DNA of 64,000 nucleotides from an uncultured delta proteobacterium (GTDB lineage: Bacteria; Desulfobacterota; Binatia; Binatales; Binataceae): NCBI GenBank assembly GCA_963796565.1, contig CAWCMA010000008.1, forward strand, positions 74 to 64,073, in the 5' to 3' direction. The notes below the pieces were generated by a model. The model searched no databases, had not been told where the DNA came from, and worked only from the letters and a program-made list of their open reading frames with translations. Position numbers and translations under genes: made by a program. Positions within the stretch are counted from its first letter, which is position 1, and each line of letters starts with the position of its first letter. Positions 38,727 to 48,850 of this stretch are shown here, piece by piece.

Positions 38727-40316
38727 GTGCGTCGTCCGCCCCGCCCCGGCCGGGGCCCCAACCCTCCGTCCGCCAACGATTCAAGAGCGGCAGGCGAGCG
38801 TCGAGTCCGGCGCGAGCGGCCCAAAGGCCCCGCCCGTGCGGCCAAGCCTTTCAAGGCGGTCGAGTCTTTCAAATCTGGCAAATCCGTCAGGTTCGAAAAG
38901 CCCACCAGGTCTGACGGGTCCGGGAAGTCTGCCAAATTCGTTAAGCCTGCCCGGTTCGACAGATCGACGAAGCCCTATAAGCCCGAAAAATTCGACACGT
39001 CCGCGAAGCCCGACAACAGATTCGACACATCAGCCAAGCCCGTCAAGACTCCACGATTCGAGCGGCGCGAGAAGCCCGCCAGATTCGACAGGCGAGCCGA
39101 GCCGGCCAAATTCGCAAAGCCCGCCAAATTCGCCGGGTTCGCCAAATTTGGCAAGCCCGCCGGCTTTGCCGAGCGTCCCGCGGTAACGCCAGCCGGCCCC
39201 GCGCTGCGCCTTGCCTCGAACATCTATATCGCCCACACGCAGCCCGGCTTCGAGGGCGTCGCGGCGGAAGAGATTGCCATGCGCTACGCTGCGTCCGAAG
39301 GACGCGGCCGCGGCGCTCCTGCGATGCGCCAGCTCGGCCGGCGCATGGTGCCCGAGCGCGCCGGGATGGCAATCTTCAGCGCGCCACGCCCCGACACACT
39401 CAGCGCCGCGCGCACCATCGAGGATCTGTTCGCGCTCGTCGGCTATCGCGACGGACTGGGCACGGCGCCCGCCACATTGGAGAAGATTCGAACGATCGCG
39501 CACGAGGCGCCCTACGTCGAAGAAGCGCTGGAGGCGCGAGTGCGGATGACTCCCGGCAGCCGCAGCGGACGGAAGCTGGGCTTTCGCGTGATCGCGCGCA
39601 TCGCGGGCGAGCACGAATTTCGCAGGCTCGATTTCCAGCGCGCGGTCGAGCGCGGTATCGCTGAGCGCGGCGACCATTCGTGGCGCGGGGCCGGTGACGA
39701 CGCCGACGTCGAGTTTTGGGCCACACTGCTCGGCGGCGAGATGTTCCTCGCTTTGCGGCTGGTCGACGAGCGGATGCGCCATCGCGAGTACAAGGTTGCG
39801 CATCGGCCGGGCTCGCTGCGCGCTTCGGTGGCGGCGGCGCTGGGATGGCTCAGCCAGCCCGGCATGGACGACTGCGTGGTCGATCCGATGTGCGGTGCCG
39901 GGACAATCCTGATCGAACGCGCGCACCTCGGGCGCTACGCGATGCTGGCCGGGTTCGACCGCGACCCGGAGGCGATTGCGGCGGCGCACGAGAATATCGG
40001 TCCGCGCTACCGGCCGCTGGGGCTCGCGCAGGGCGACGCGCTACGCCTGCCGCTCGCCGATGGCGCGGCGACTCATCTCGTCACCAATTTGCCGTGGGGA
40101 ACGAAATACGGTTCGCACGGCGAGAACCGCCGTCTCTATCCGCGCCTGGTCGAGGAGTTCGCGCGCGTGGTGCGGCCGGGCGGGCGGCTGGTGATGCTGA
40201 CGGCGGAGCGGATGCTGATGCGCGAGGTCGCCAGCCGCGGCTTCGTGCGGGTCGAGTCGGTCAAGCGGGTGATGATTCTCGGCGCCCCCGCCGTGATTTA
40301 TCTCTGCCGGGCATAG
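38727..40316 (+). CDS. THUMP-associated (RlmL/Trm14-like) methyltransferase with long basic repetitive N-terminus
   Basis: DPMCGAGT, VTNLPWG, HREYK...GSLR; start directly after the efp stop. Confidence 0.8.
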   Translation: MRRPPRPGRGPNPPSANDSRAAGERRVRRERPKGPARAAKPFKAVESFKSGKSVRFEKPTRSDGSGKSAKFVKPARFDRSTKPYKPEKFDTSAKPDNRFDTSAKPVKTPRFERREKPARFDRRAEPAKFAKPAKFAGFAKFGKPAGFAERPAVTPAGPALRLASNIYIAHTQPGFEGVAAEEIAMRYAASEGRGRGAPAMRQLGRRMVPERAGMAIFSAPRPDTLSAARTIEDLFALVGYRDGLGTAPATLEKIRTIAHEAPYVEEALEARVRMTPGSRSGRKLGFRVIARIAGEHEFRRLDFQRAVERGIAERGDHSWRGAGDDADVEFWATLLGGEMFLALRLVDERMRHREYKVAHRPGSLRASVAAALGWLSQPGMDDCVVDPMCGAGTILIERAHLGRYAMLAGFDRDPEAIAAAHENIGPRYRPLGLAQGDALRLPLADGAATHLVTNLPWGTKYGSHGENRRLYPRLVEEFARVVRPGGRLVMLTAERMLMREVASRGFVRVESVKRVMILGAPAVIYLCRA

Positions 40317-40350
40317 CTTTGCAGTCGCGCGGACTTTTTCAGCAGGATAG

Positions 40351-41136
40351 CTAACGCAGCGGCTTCGTCAGCGCGTAGGTCACTCCCGTGTGGCTGAACC
40401 AGATCTGCCCGTCCTGGCGGCGCACTTTGAGTCCCGAGCGATCGGTTGCAAGCGACGCTTCCATCATCTCGATGATTTGCGCGCGGCGCTCAGGCGGCGG
40501 CCCGCCATGCGCCATCCACGATTCCAGGTCGTAGCTGGTCTCGCGCCCGCCGCGATACGCAACTTCCAACTCCGCCTCGGCAATCATCCGCTCCCACTCG
40601 GAGACCGCAATCGCGCGCGCATGCGAAGGGTCGCACAGCCGCTCGACGCGATTGTGATAGTCCGACTTCGCGGGATCCTCGGAGGTCGTCATGTCGACGA
40701 TCACCATCCGCGCGCCCGGCTTGAGCACGCGCGTCATCTCAGCCAGGACCTCGCGCGGATGGGCGAAATGATGAAACGCGAAGCGGCAGGTGGCGAGGTC
40801 GAACTCGCCGGACCCAAACGGCATCCGCTCGACATCGCCGAGCATGAAGCTGACGTTGGAAATCCCGCCGCGCGAGGCCTCGGCGCGGGCGCGCGCGACG
40901 AGCTTGTCGGTAGCGTCTATTCCGAGCACGCTTTGGCACTTGGGCGCGAACGCCATCGCGACGAACCCCGGCCCGCTGGCGACGTCGAGTACCCGCGAGT
41001 CCGGCCGCACCTGCGAAATCTCCACCATGTGGTCGAGGATGCGCGGGTCGGTGACCACTTTCATGGTCGAGTAAGCCTCGGCCTGGCGGCGGAATTGTTG
41101 TTGCACCAAGGTCAGATTGTCGGGTTGATCTTTCAT
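40351..41136 (-). CDS. Class I SAM-dependent methyltransferase (UbiE-like)
   Basis: VLDVASGPG, GDVERMPF, CRFAFHHF, ERLCDPSH. Confidence 0.9.
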   Translation of the reverse strand: MKDQPDNLTLVQQQFRRQAEAYSTMKVVTDPRILDHMVEISQVRPDSRVLDVASGPGFVAMAFAPKCQSVLGIDATDKLVARARAEASRGGISNVSFMLGDVERMPFGSGEFDLATCRFAFHHFAHPREVLAEMTRVLKPGARMVIVDMTTSEDPAKSDYHNRVERLCDPSHARAIAVSEWERMIAEAELEVAYRGGRETSYDLESWMAHGGPPPERRAQIIEMMEASLATDRSGLKVRRQDGQIWFSHTGVTYALTKPLR

Positions 41137-41161
41137 CGGTGAATTCTCAACTTGTGCGATT

Positions 41162-42016
41162 TCACGCGGCGCGTTCGAGGACGAAGCTCACGCTGGTATG
41201 CATAAGGCGGATAGTGCCGCCGTCGCGCTGGAGCGCGAGCCCCGGCCGATCTTCGTCAACCGCGTCTTCGAGCGTCGCGCGGATGATCGGAATATTTTCC
41301 GGCGGCGCGCCACCGAAGCTCGTCCACTCCTCGACCGTGCTGACCGACTGGCGCGCGATCTTCATCGCTACGGTGAAGCCCTCGGCGGCGAAAATCCGCT
41401 CGAACTCCGAGGCCGCGAGCATTCGCACATGCGTCGGATCGCACAGCCGCTCCAGTTGGTTGTGGAGTGCGGCTTTGGCCGGCTCCTCCGAGGCCGTCAC
41501 GTCCACCACCACCATCCATCCTTGTGACCCGACCACCCGCGCCATCTCGGCGAACACGCGCGCCGGATCGGTGAAGTGATGGAACGAAAACCGGCACACG
41601 GCGGCGTCGAAGACGCCATTGCGAAACCCCATCCGCTCGACTTCTCCCACCGTGAACGCCGCGTTGCCGGCGCCGCGGCGCGCCGCCGCCTCCCGCGCCT
41701 GCGCGACAAGTTCAACCGAGGGGTCGAGCCCGACCGCGCGGCCGCATCGCTCCGCGAACGCTAGCGCGCACGCGCCAGGGCCGCAGGCGACGTCGAGCAC
41801 GCGCTCCTTGCGCGCGACGCCGGAGATCGAAACCATGTAGTGGAGAAATTTTGCGTCGGCGCTGGAAGACATCAGAGCGGACATCCGGGCGAATGTCTCG
41901 GGGTTGCGGCGGAACTGCTCGGACGCTGACCGCAACGCTCCACCCGGCTGCACGACGCCCCTCATCGGCGCCCCGTTTCGACCGATGCTTGTCGCAGGTT
42001 CATGATGCGCGTTCAT
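41162..42016 (-). CDS. Class I SAM-dependent methyltransferase, tandem paralog
   Basis: VLDVACGPG, CRFSFHHF, ERLCDPTH; start uncertain. Confidence 0.88.
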   Translation of the reverse strand: MNAHHEPATSIGRNGAPMRGVVQPGGALRSASEQFRRNPETFARMSALMSSSADAKFLHYMVSISGVARKERVLDVACGPGACALAFAERCGRAVGLDPSVELVAQAREAAARRGAGNAAFTVGEVERMGFRNGVFDAAVCRFSFHHFTDPARVFAEMARVVGSQGWMVVVDVTASEEPAKAALHNQLERLCDPTHVRMLAASEFERIFAAEGFTVAMKIARQSVSTVEEWTSFGGAPPENIPIIRATLEDAVDEDRPGLALQRDGGTIRLMHTSVSFVLERAA

Positions 42017-42184
42017 AAGGCGGATGCATGAGGCGGATGTTCCCGCCGCGAGCGTCCGATGACCAGCTGTGCTCGCGGCCTTGGCAAACCCTTGCAGGAT
42101 ACGCGCGGACGCCGCACAATCGGCGCGTGCCGGCGCGCTGAGCGCGTGACGAATTCGCGCCGCACGTCAAAGGAGCCGGCCCCA

Positions 42185-43012
42185 ATGGCAGAGATGACGC
42201 AGTGGAAGACTGAACTGGTCCCGCCGGCGCCCAGGATAGCCATCGACCACATGGGCGAGGGCAAGCTGGTGATTTGTATGCACGGGATCGGTGGCAATCG
42301 CACCAACTGGCACGACCAGCTTCCCGAGTTCGGCCGCCATTTCCACGCCGCGTCGTGGGACGCGCGCGGTTACGGGATGAGCGACGACTACGAAGGGCCG
42401 CTGGAGTTCCATGACTTCGCCCGCGACCTGCTGCGCGTGCTCGATCGCTTCGGCGCGCGCAAGGCGCATCTGGTCGGTTTGTCGATGGGCGGGCTTATCG
42501 CGATGGACTTCAATGCGTTATTTCCCGAGCGCGTCGCGACGCTGACACTGTGCGACTCGCTACCCGGCTTCGGCCATCTCAGCCCCGAGCAGAGCCGCGA
42601 GTTCATCCGGCTGCGCCTGGAACCGCTGCTCGCGGGCAAGGAGCTGAAAGAAATCGCACCCGGCGTCGCCCAATCGCTAATCGGCAAGTCCTCGCCGCCG
42701 GCGGCGTTCCAACGGATGATCGACAGCATGTGCGCGCTGCACAAGCACTCCTACATCAAGACCATCGAGGGCACCGCCAATTCGGGCCTGCAAATCGATC
42801 TCGAAAAGATTCGCGTTCCAACCCATGTGGTGGTGGGCGAGGACGATCTGCTTACGCCGCCCGCGCTGGCGCGCTCGATGGCCGAGCGGATTGCCGGTGC
42901 GCGGCTCACGACGATCAAGAGCGCAGGCCATCTGCCGAACATCGAACGGCCGCGCGAGTTCAACGCCGCGGTGCTGCCATTTTTACTGGAGCATCGCGAC
43001 GCCGCCGTCTGA
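42185..43012 (+). CDS. Alpha/beta fold hydrolase (PcaD-like)
   Basis: HGIGG, DARGYG, GLSMGG, GEDD, GHLPNIE. Confidence 0.9.
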   Translation: MAEMTQWKTELVPPAPRIAIDHMGEGKLVICMHGIGGNRTNWHDQLPEFGRHFHAASWDARGYGMSDDYEGPLEFHDFARDLLRVLDRFGARKAHLVGLSMGGLIAMDFNALFPERVATLTLCDSLPGFGHLSPEQSREFIRLRLEPLLAGKELKEIAPGVAQSLIGKSSPPAAFQRMIDSMCALHKHSYIKTIEGTANSGLQIDLEKIRVPTHVVVGEDDLLTPPALARSMAERIAGARLTTIKSAGHLPNIERPREFNAAVLPFLLEHRDAAV

Positions 43013-43144
43013 GCGGGCATAAAGCGGGCGAGGCGGTGGCTCCATGCCAGAGGCCCACCGGGCTGATTTCTCTTGCGGCGCGCGCCGCCCGCACCGCCAG
43101 AGTGCGGCGATGCCGCACCCTGGCGGCGCCCGATGCCTCCATCG

Positions 43145-44904
43145 TCACGGAGTCGCGGTTGGGCTTGGAACGGGACCGAAGGTAATAGTCATATTAACCT
43201 GGCCCGCGCTTGTGCAATCAAGTCCGCCTGAGTGGTCATCGTACTGAAATGCGTACTGATGAGGGCAGGCCGCGGAGAACGTCTCGTACCAAGGGGTGGT
43301 GCCGCCGCCTGCCTGGGTGGTCGCGGTAAGCCACGCCGGGTTAATTGGGCACGCCTCGCCGGTGTATAGAGGCGGGCTTCCGCTCTCCAGCGTGCCGAGG
43401 CCGGTTATCGGGGGATTGTACTGCGGCACGCACACATACTGAGTGCCGTTATATGTTGCAGTAGTACACACGTAACCGAGGGCATCCGTGGGGTATCCGG
43501 CGAGGTAATTGCCGCAGGGCATGCCGACATCGGCTGCGCCGGCGCAACCCGCCTGGGGCGCGAAATAAAGGCCCCCGATTGGCGGAGTCCAGGCGCATAT
43601 TCCCACCCACTGGGAAAGCTCGCAATCGCGCCCGTCACGCAAGTCTCCACGTTCGGCGCGCAATCGTCTGGACCCCAGCAGGTCGGCGTGCCCTGGCCGC
43701 AGGAGGACATGGCATTACCGTCAGGAGCCTTAGCCGTGTACATGTTTTGGTAAGTCGGGGTGGGCGTGGCGCTGGGGCCAGGAACGGGGCTGCCGCACAA
43801 GAGACCCGGGGGGTCGGTCTGCGCACACTGGTCGCCGGGATCGTTGCACCCGATTACGCAGGTGCCGCTGTCGCAGAATCCTCTCTGACAGTACGTGCCG
43901 CTGCCGCAGGGGATTGTGCTAACCGTAGCTGTGGGCGCGTCGGTGACCCGAAGATCGGCCGGACAAGTCGCGTTCAGATCGCTCACGCATGACGGCATAT
44001 AGCAGTTCGCTCCCGTTGGGGTTTCGATTGCCGAGGGCGCGACCTGTATCTGCGTGTTGTATCCCGACACCAGACTCACGTCGTAATTGACATTGGTGGT
44101 GCCGTTTGAGGTGGGCTCGAACAACGATGCGGGCGCGGACCCCGACTGCTGCGAAGTGATCGCATCCCACACACCCGTACACTGGTACAGTCCTGAACAA
44201 TCGCCGGTCTTGCAGACGGTGCCACCGGGAAAGCTGCAGACGTTCGCACCAGAGATGCCGTAACAACTCGCATTCACATTGTTGAGGCCGCTGCCCCCCT
44301 GGCAGAATGGCGTTCCGCCCGTGCTGCAATCCAGCAGGCATTTTCCGCCAACGCAAATAGTGCCCGAGCCCGAGTCGCAGTCGGCGCTGGCGGTGCAGTC
44401 CTTGAAATGCGACCCCTCATTGGAGAACAGGTTGAAGTCGCACTCGGTGCGCGGCCAGAAGCGTCCGCTCCAGCCTGCCGGCATGCACAAGACCACCGAG
44501 CTGTCAGGAGCCATCTGCCAATCGTTGCCCGGCGGCGCGATTGTGTTGGACGCGAGGTCGCCGCTTCCCTGGTATTCCTCGCCCAGCCAGACCGGGTACG
44601 GATTGTTGTTAACGAAGGTGTACTGATTACCCGAATTGCAGGCGATCGGCGTCGGGCTTGCCGTGGGACTGACGGTCGCGGTTGGAGTGGCAGTTGGATT
44701 TGGCGTGGGGCTGGCGGTCGAGGTCACAGTGACGGTCGGACTCGGCGTGATGCTGACGATCGCTGTCGGCGTAACCGCAGCCGCCGTGGCAATCGTGGCC
44801 GGGCGCGTCGAATGGCTATTGCTCGTGCAAGCCGCGAGAGCCGCAACCATGGTCATGAGGACGCTGGCTGATAAGCCGCGCAGACAAATCCTGGACTTGG
44901 TCAT
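43145..44904 (-). pseudogene. Thaumatin-like (PR-5) Cys-rich lipoprotein, 1-nt frameshift at ~43607 (pseudogene or assembly indel)
   Basis: FVNNNPYPVW, WSGRFWPRTEC, CKTGDC, YDVSLVSGYN, DLNATCP in one frame; ACPHQYAFQYDD...ITFGP in another; LAAC lipobox. Confidence 0.8.
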
Positions 44905-45212
44905 GAAGCCCCCCTGTTTGAGAGTACCGGGAAAGTCAGATCGTCATCCGGCCACTGTCGGAAAACTCGCTCCCCGTTGTTCCGGAATCGCTGGACGGCC
45001 ACGCGACGAGTCTTAAACAAGGTATAGGCATGTGGTCTCTTATGCAATTAGAGATTTACTCATAATATCTATCTTCAATAGATAGTCCGTATAATTATAG
45101 CTATGCTTTAGCAGTTCTAAGTTATTATATGGAGCCTATATGGTGCGGTCATGCACCCAGCGTCCTGACGGACGTAGCGGCGGCTGACGCGGCGTGAGCC
45201 GAGGGAAAGGTT

Positions 45213-45632
45213 TCAGGCGAGTGCGCGCAGGCGCAGGTCGCGCGCCTGGCTGCGATACGGCTCGGGCAGTGGAACTTCGGTCGCGTCGAGCCAGTTGCGC
45301 TCGAGGCGGTAGAACTCGCGCGTTTCCTCGAAGAAGACGTGCACCACGACATCGTTGAAATCGAGGACCGCCCAATGCCCGTGGCTCGTGCCCTCGATCG
45401 ACAGCGCACGCTCGCCCTCGAGGTCCATGCGTTCCTCGATACCACGGGCGATCGCGCGCACCTGCACGTCGGAGCGGCCGGTCGCGATCAGGAAGTAATC
45501 CGCGATCGAGCTTAGATGCCCGACCTGGAGCACGACCAGATCGTAGGCCTTCTTCTCGAGCGCCGCCTGCGCGGCAGCTATAGCCTTCTCTAGCGAATTC
45601 ACGCGGGGCGTGGCGACAGACGGGGCCGCCAC
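45213..45632 (-). CDS. rsfS: Ribosome silencing factor
   Basis: EKKA.D, ADYFLIATG, WAVLDF..VVVHVF...REFYRLE. Confidence 0.95.
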   Translation of the reverse strand: MAAPSVATPRVNSLEKAIAAAQAALEKKAYDLVVLQVGHLSSIADYFLIATGRSDVQVRAIARGIEERMDLEGERALSIEGTSHGHWAVLDFNDVVVHVFFEETREFYRLERNWLDATEVPLPEPYRSQARDLRLRALA

Positions 45633-45690
45633 TGGGCGGGAGAAACGGAATGAAACGTTTTGGGGGATACTGCTTGTAAAATCACGAACG

Positions 45691-46329
45691 TCAGTACAGC
45701 CCGAGCCGCTGGATATAGTCGATCACGTCGCCTGGCATCAGGTATCGCACGGACCGCCGGCTCTGAAGCTTTTCACGGATGAGCGTGGCTGAGACCGGGA
45801 AGATCGTGGTGGGTACGAATGAAAGCGTCTGGCCGTTGGGATGCACGTAATGATCGTCCCCCCTAATGTAACCAAAGCGTTTGAGCGCGGCAAGCGAGAT
45901 TCGCGGCGGCACAGTATCGCCGGCCGCCTCGCGCGTGTGCACCACCAGGGAACTCAGGCGCGCCAGTTCGTCGCAGTCCTTCCAGGTGTCCAATTCGGCA
46001 AAGGCGTCCGAGCCCATCATCAGGAACAGCGTCGAACGCCCGCGCTGCGCCGCAAGGAAGTGGCGCACCGTATCGATCGTGTAAGAGCGCCCGGCACGCC
46101 GAATCTCGACGTCCGAGACCATGAAGTAGCGGTTGCCCTTGGTCGCCAGCCGAACCATCTGGAGCCGATGCTCGGCCGGAGCGAGGCCTTCGGCGGACTT
46201 GTGCGGCGGCGTCGCCGCCGGGACGAAATAAACCAGGTCGAGGCGGAGCGCCTCGCGCACCTCTTCGGCCGAGCGCAGATGGCCAAAATGGATCGGATTG
46301 AAACTGCCGCCGAGGATTCCTACGCGCAT
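45691..46329 (-). CDS. nadD: Nicotinate-nucleotide adenylyltransferase
   Basis: GGSFNPIHFGH, PPHK, SYTIDT, SATLIR. Confidence 0.96.
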   Translation of the reverse strand: MRVGILGGSFNPIHFGHLRSAEEVREALRLDLVYFVPAATPPHKSAEGLAPAEHRLQMVRLATKGNRYFMVSDVEIRRAGRSYTIDTVRHFLAAQRGRSTLFLMMGSDAFAELDTWKDCDELARLSSLVVHTREAAGDTVPPRISLAALKRFGYIRGDDHYVHPNGQTLSFVPTTIFPVSATLIREKLQSRRSVRYLMPGDVIDYIQRLGLY

Positions 46330-46426
46330 GGTGTGGTGCTATCCGACTCCAACGCGCCGCGCCTGGGCGTGGCGGCTCCGGCGGCGGTGACGCCGCCGCC
46401 GCGTCGCATCGCGGTTCGCACGAGGT

Positions 46427-47680
46427 TCAATTCCGCACCTGTCCGCTACCGGCGATGAGGTATTTGTAGATGGTCAGCTCGCGCAGGCCCATCGGGCCGC
46501 GCGCATGCAGGCGATTGGTTGAGATTCCGGTCTCGGCCCCGAAGCCGAACTCGAAGCCGTCGGTGAAGCGGGTCGACGCGTTGACGTAGACGGTCGCCGA
46601 ATCGACCTCGTGCTGAAAGCGCGCCGCGGCCTCGCCGTCGCTGGTCACAATCGCGTCGGCGAGTCCAGAACCGTGGCGGGCGATATGCTCGAGCGCCGCG
46701 TCGAGCGAGTCGACGACCTTCACCGCCAGGATCAGGTCAAGGAACTCGGTGTCCCAATCGGCGTCGCTGGCCGGCTTCGCGCCCGGCACGATTGCGCGCG
46801 TCCGCTCGCAGCCGCGCAGTTCGACGCCCGCGCGCTCCATCAGGGCGGCCAGCGGCGGCAGGAAACGCGGCGCGATCTCGCGATGCACCAGCAGGGTTTC
46901 CATCGCGTTGCACACCGAGGGCCGGCTGCACTTGGCGTTGAAGCAGATTTCCTCGGCCATCTTCAGATCGGCGCCGCGGTCGACGTAGGTGTGGCAGATG
47001 CCGTCGAAGTGGGGCAGCAGCGGAACCGCCGATCCGGCCAGCGCCTGCTTCAACGTCTTGCCGCCGCGCGGAATGATCAGGTCGATGGCTTCGGGATGGC
47101 GCTTGAGAATCTGGATGACCTCGCGGTCGGGATTTCCGACGAAGGTCACGGCCTCGCGCGCGATCCCGGCTCCTTCGAGCGCCCGGACGATCAGCCCCGC
47201 CAGAAACGCATTCGAGGCGAGCGCTTCTTTACCGCCGCGCAGCACCACCGCGTTGCCGGCCTTCAGCGCCAGCACACCGGCGTCGACGGTGACGTTGGGC
47301 CGCGATTCGTAAATGACCGCGATGACGCCGATCGGCACCCGGACCTGCGAAATCTCGAGGCCGTTGGGCCGCCGCCACCTGGCGATCACTTCGCCGACCG
47401 GATCGGGGAGGGCGGCGACTTCTTCGACGCTGCGCGCCATCGCCTCGATCCGCGCGTCGTTGAGCGTGAGCCGCTCGACCAACGCCCCCGCCATCCCGGA
47501 ACCGCGCGCGCGCGCGAGGTCGGCGCCGTTCGCGGCCATGATCGCGCCGCGCTCCTTGCGCAGCATCGCGGCCAGCGCGCCGAGCGCCTGGTTTTTCCGC
47601 GCGCTGGTGCATAACGCCAGGGTGCGGGCGGCGTCACGCGCGCGCTTGAGTGCGTCGAGAGTTTCGGTTTCCAGGCTCAC
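46427..47680 (-). CDS. proA: Gamma-glutamyl phosphate reductase
   Basis: IYESRPNVT, RGGKEA, CNAMET, NASTRFTDG, HARGPMG. Confidence 0.97.
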   Translation of the reverse strand: MSLETETLDALKRARDAARTLALCTSARKNQALGALAAMLRKERGAIMAANGADLARARGSGMAGALVERLTLNDARIEAMARSVEEVAALPDPVGEVIARWRRPNGLEISQVRVPIGVIAVIYESRPNVTVDAGVLALKAGNAVVLRGGKEALASNAFLAGLIVRALEGAGIAREAVTFVGNPDREVIQILKRHPEAIDLIIPRGGKTLKQALAGSAVPLLPHFDGICHTYVDRGADLKMAEEICFNAKCSRPSVCNAMETLLVHREIAPRFLPPLAALMERAGVELRGCERTRAIVPGAKPASDADWDTEFLDLILAVKVVDSLDAALEHIARHGSGLADAIVTSDGEAAARFQHEVDSATVYVNASTRFTDGFEFGFGAETGISTNRLHARGPMGLRELTIYKYLIAGSGQVRN

Positions 47681-47704
47681 GTCAGCAAGTCGTCGTGCGG
47701 GGGC

Positions 47705-48850
47705 TCACGCCAGTTCTTCGATCAGCGCGAAGTTGTCGCGATGGATGATCTCGTCGGCGACTTTGTAGCCGAGCGTGCGCGAGATATCGTTGGAGCCCCT
47801 CCCCTTCACCTTAAGTATATCGGCGGCGGGGTAGTTGACCAGCCCGCGGCCGAATTCGACGCCCTCGTGATCGAGCAGGCTCACGCAATCGCCGCTTTTG
47901 AACTCGCCCGCGACCTCGCGGATGCCCGAGGGCAGGAGACTGCGGCCCTTTTTTCGCAGCGCGTCGGCGGCACCGCGGTCGACCGTCAACGCGCCGGCGG
48001 GGCGCAGCGCGAACGCGATCCAATGCTTGCGGCTCTTGAGCCTGGTCCGCGTGGGCAGCACCAGCGTGCCGCACTCGCGCCCCGGATCGAGCGCGTTGGC
48101 GAGCGCATGCTCGGCGCGGCCCGGCGCGATAATCACCGCAATTCCGGCGCGCGACGCCTGCTTGGCCGCCTTGAGCTTGGTCGCCATTCCGCCGCTCCCA
48201 AGCGGCCCCGCGCTGTCGGCCACCAGCCCGCGCATCCCGGCCTCCGGGTCGGTGATAAGCGGAATCAGTTGCGCGTCGGGCCGCTTGCGCGGGTCGCCGG
48301 TGAGCACGCCGGCCACGTCGCTCAGGATCACCAGGAGCTGCGCCTGCGCCATTCCGGCCACCAGCGAGGAGAGCACGTCGTTGTCGCCCATGCGGATCTC
48401 TTCGACCGCGACGGTGTCGTTCTCGTTGACGATCGGCACCACGCCGGCTTCGAGCAGGGTCTGGATCGTGTGAATTGCGTTGCTGCGCCGCACCCGTTCG
48501 GCGAGGTCCTGATGGGTCAGCAGGAGTTGCGCGACCGTGCGTCCGACGGCGCCGAAGGCGCGCGCCCATTCGCTCATCAGCTCGATCTGTCCGGTCGCCG
48601 CCGCCGCCTGGCGCGCCGCCACTCCGGCGCCGCCGAGCTTTTCCAGCCGCGCGCGCCCGGCCACGATCGCGCCCGACGTCACCACCACGATTTCGCGTCC
48701 CGCGCGCACCAGCGCGTCGATCTCAGCGGCCAGGCGCGCAATAACCTCCGGGCGCAAGCCGCCGGCGTCCGAGACCACGGCGCTCCCGATCTTGACCACG
48801 ACCCGGTGCGCGCGCGGGAGCAGCTCCTGCTTGTAGCTCACCTGGGACAT
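47705..48850 (-). CDS. proB: Glutamate 5-kinase with PUA domain
   Basis: VVKIGS, NENDTV, GDND, GSGGMATKL, SLLPSGI. Confidence 0.97.
   Translation of the reverse strand: MSQVSYKQELLPRAHRVVVKIGSAVVSDAGGLRPEVIARLAAEIDALVRAGREIVVVTSGAIVAGRARLEKLGGAGVAARQAAAATGQIELMSEWARAFGAVGRTVAQLLLTHQDLAERVRRSNAIHTIQTLLEAGVVPIVNENDTVAVEEIRMGDNDVLSSLVAGMAQAQLLVILSDVAGVLTGDPRKRPDAQLIPLITDPEAGMRGLVADSAGPLGSGGMATKLKAAKQASRAGIAVIIAPGRAEHALANALDPGRECGTLVLPTRTRLKSRKHWIAFALRPAGALTVDRGAADALRKKGRSLLPSGIREVAGEFKSGDCVSLLDHEGVEFGRGLVNYPAADILKVKGRGSNDISRTLGYKVADEIIHRDNFALIEELA

Noticed and set aside
43600-43615. Programmed ribosomal frameshift in the thaumatin-like gene
   Set aside because: No canonical slippery heptamer; a single-base deletion (mutation or assembly error) is simpler
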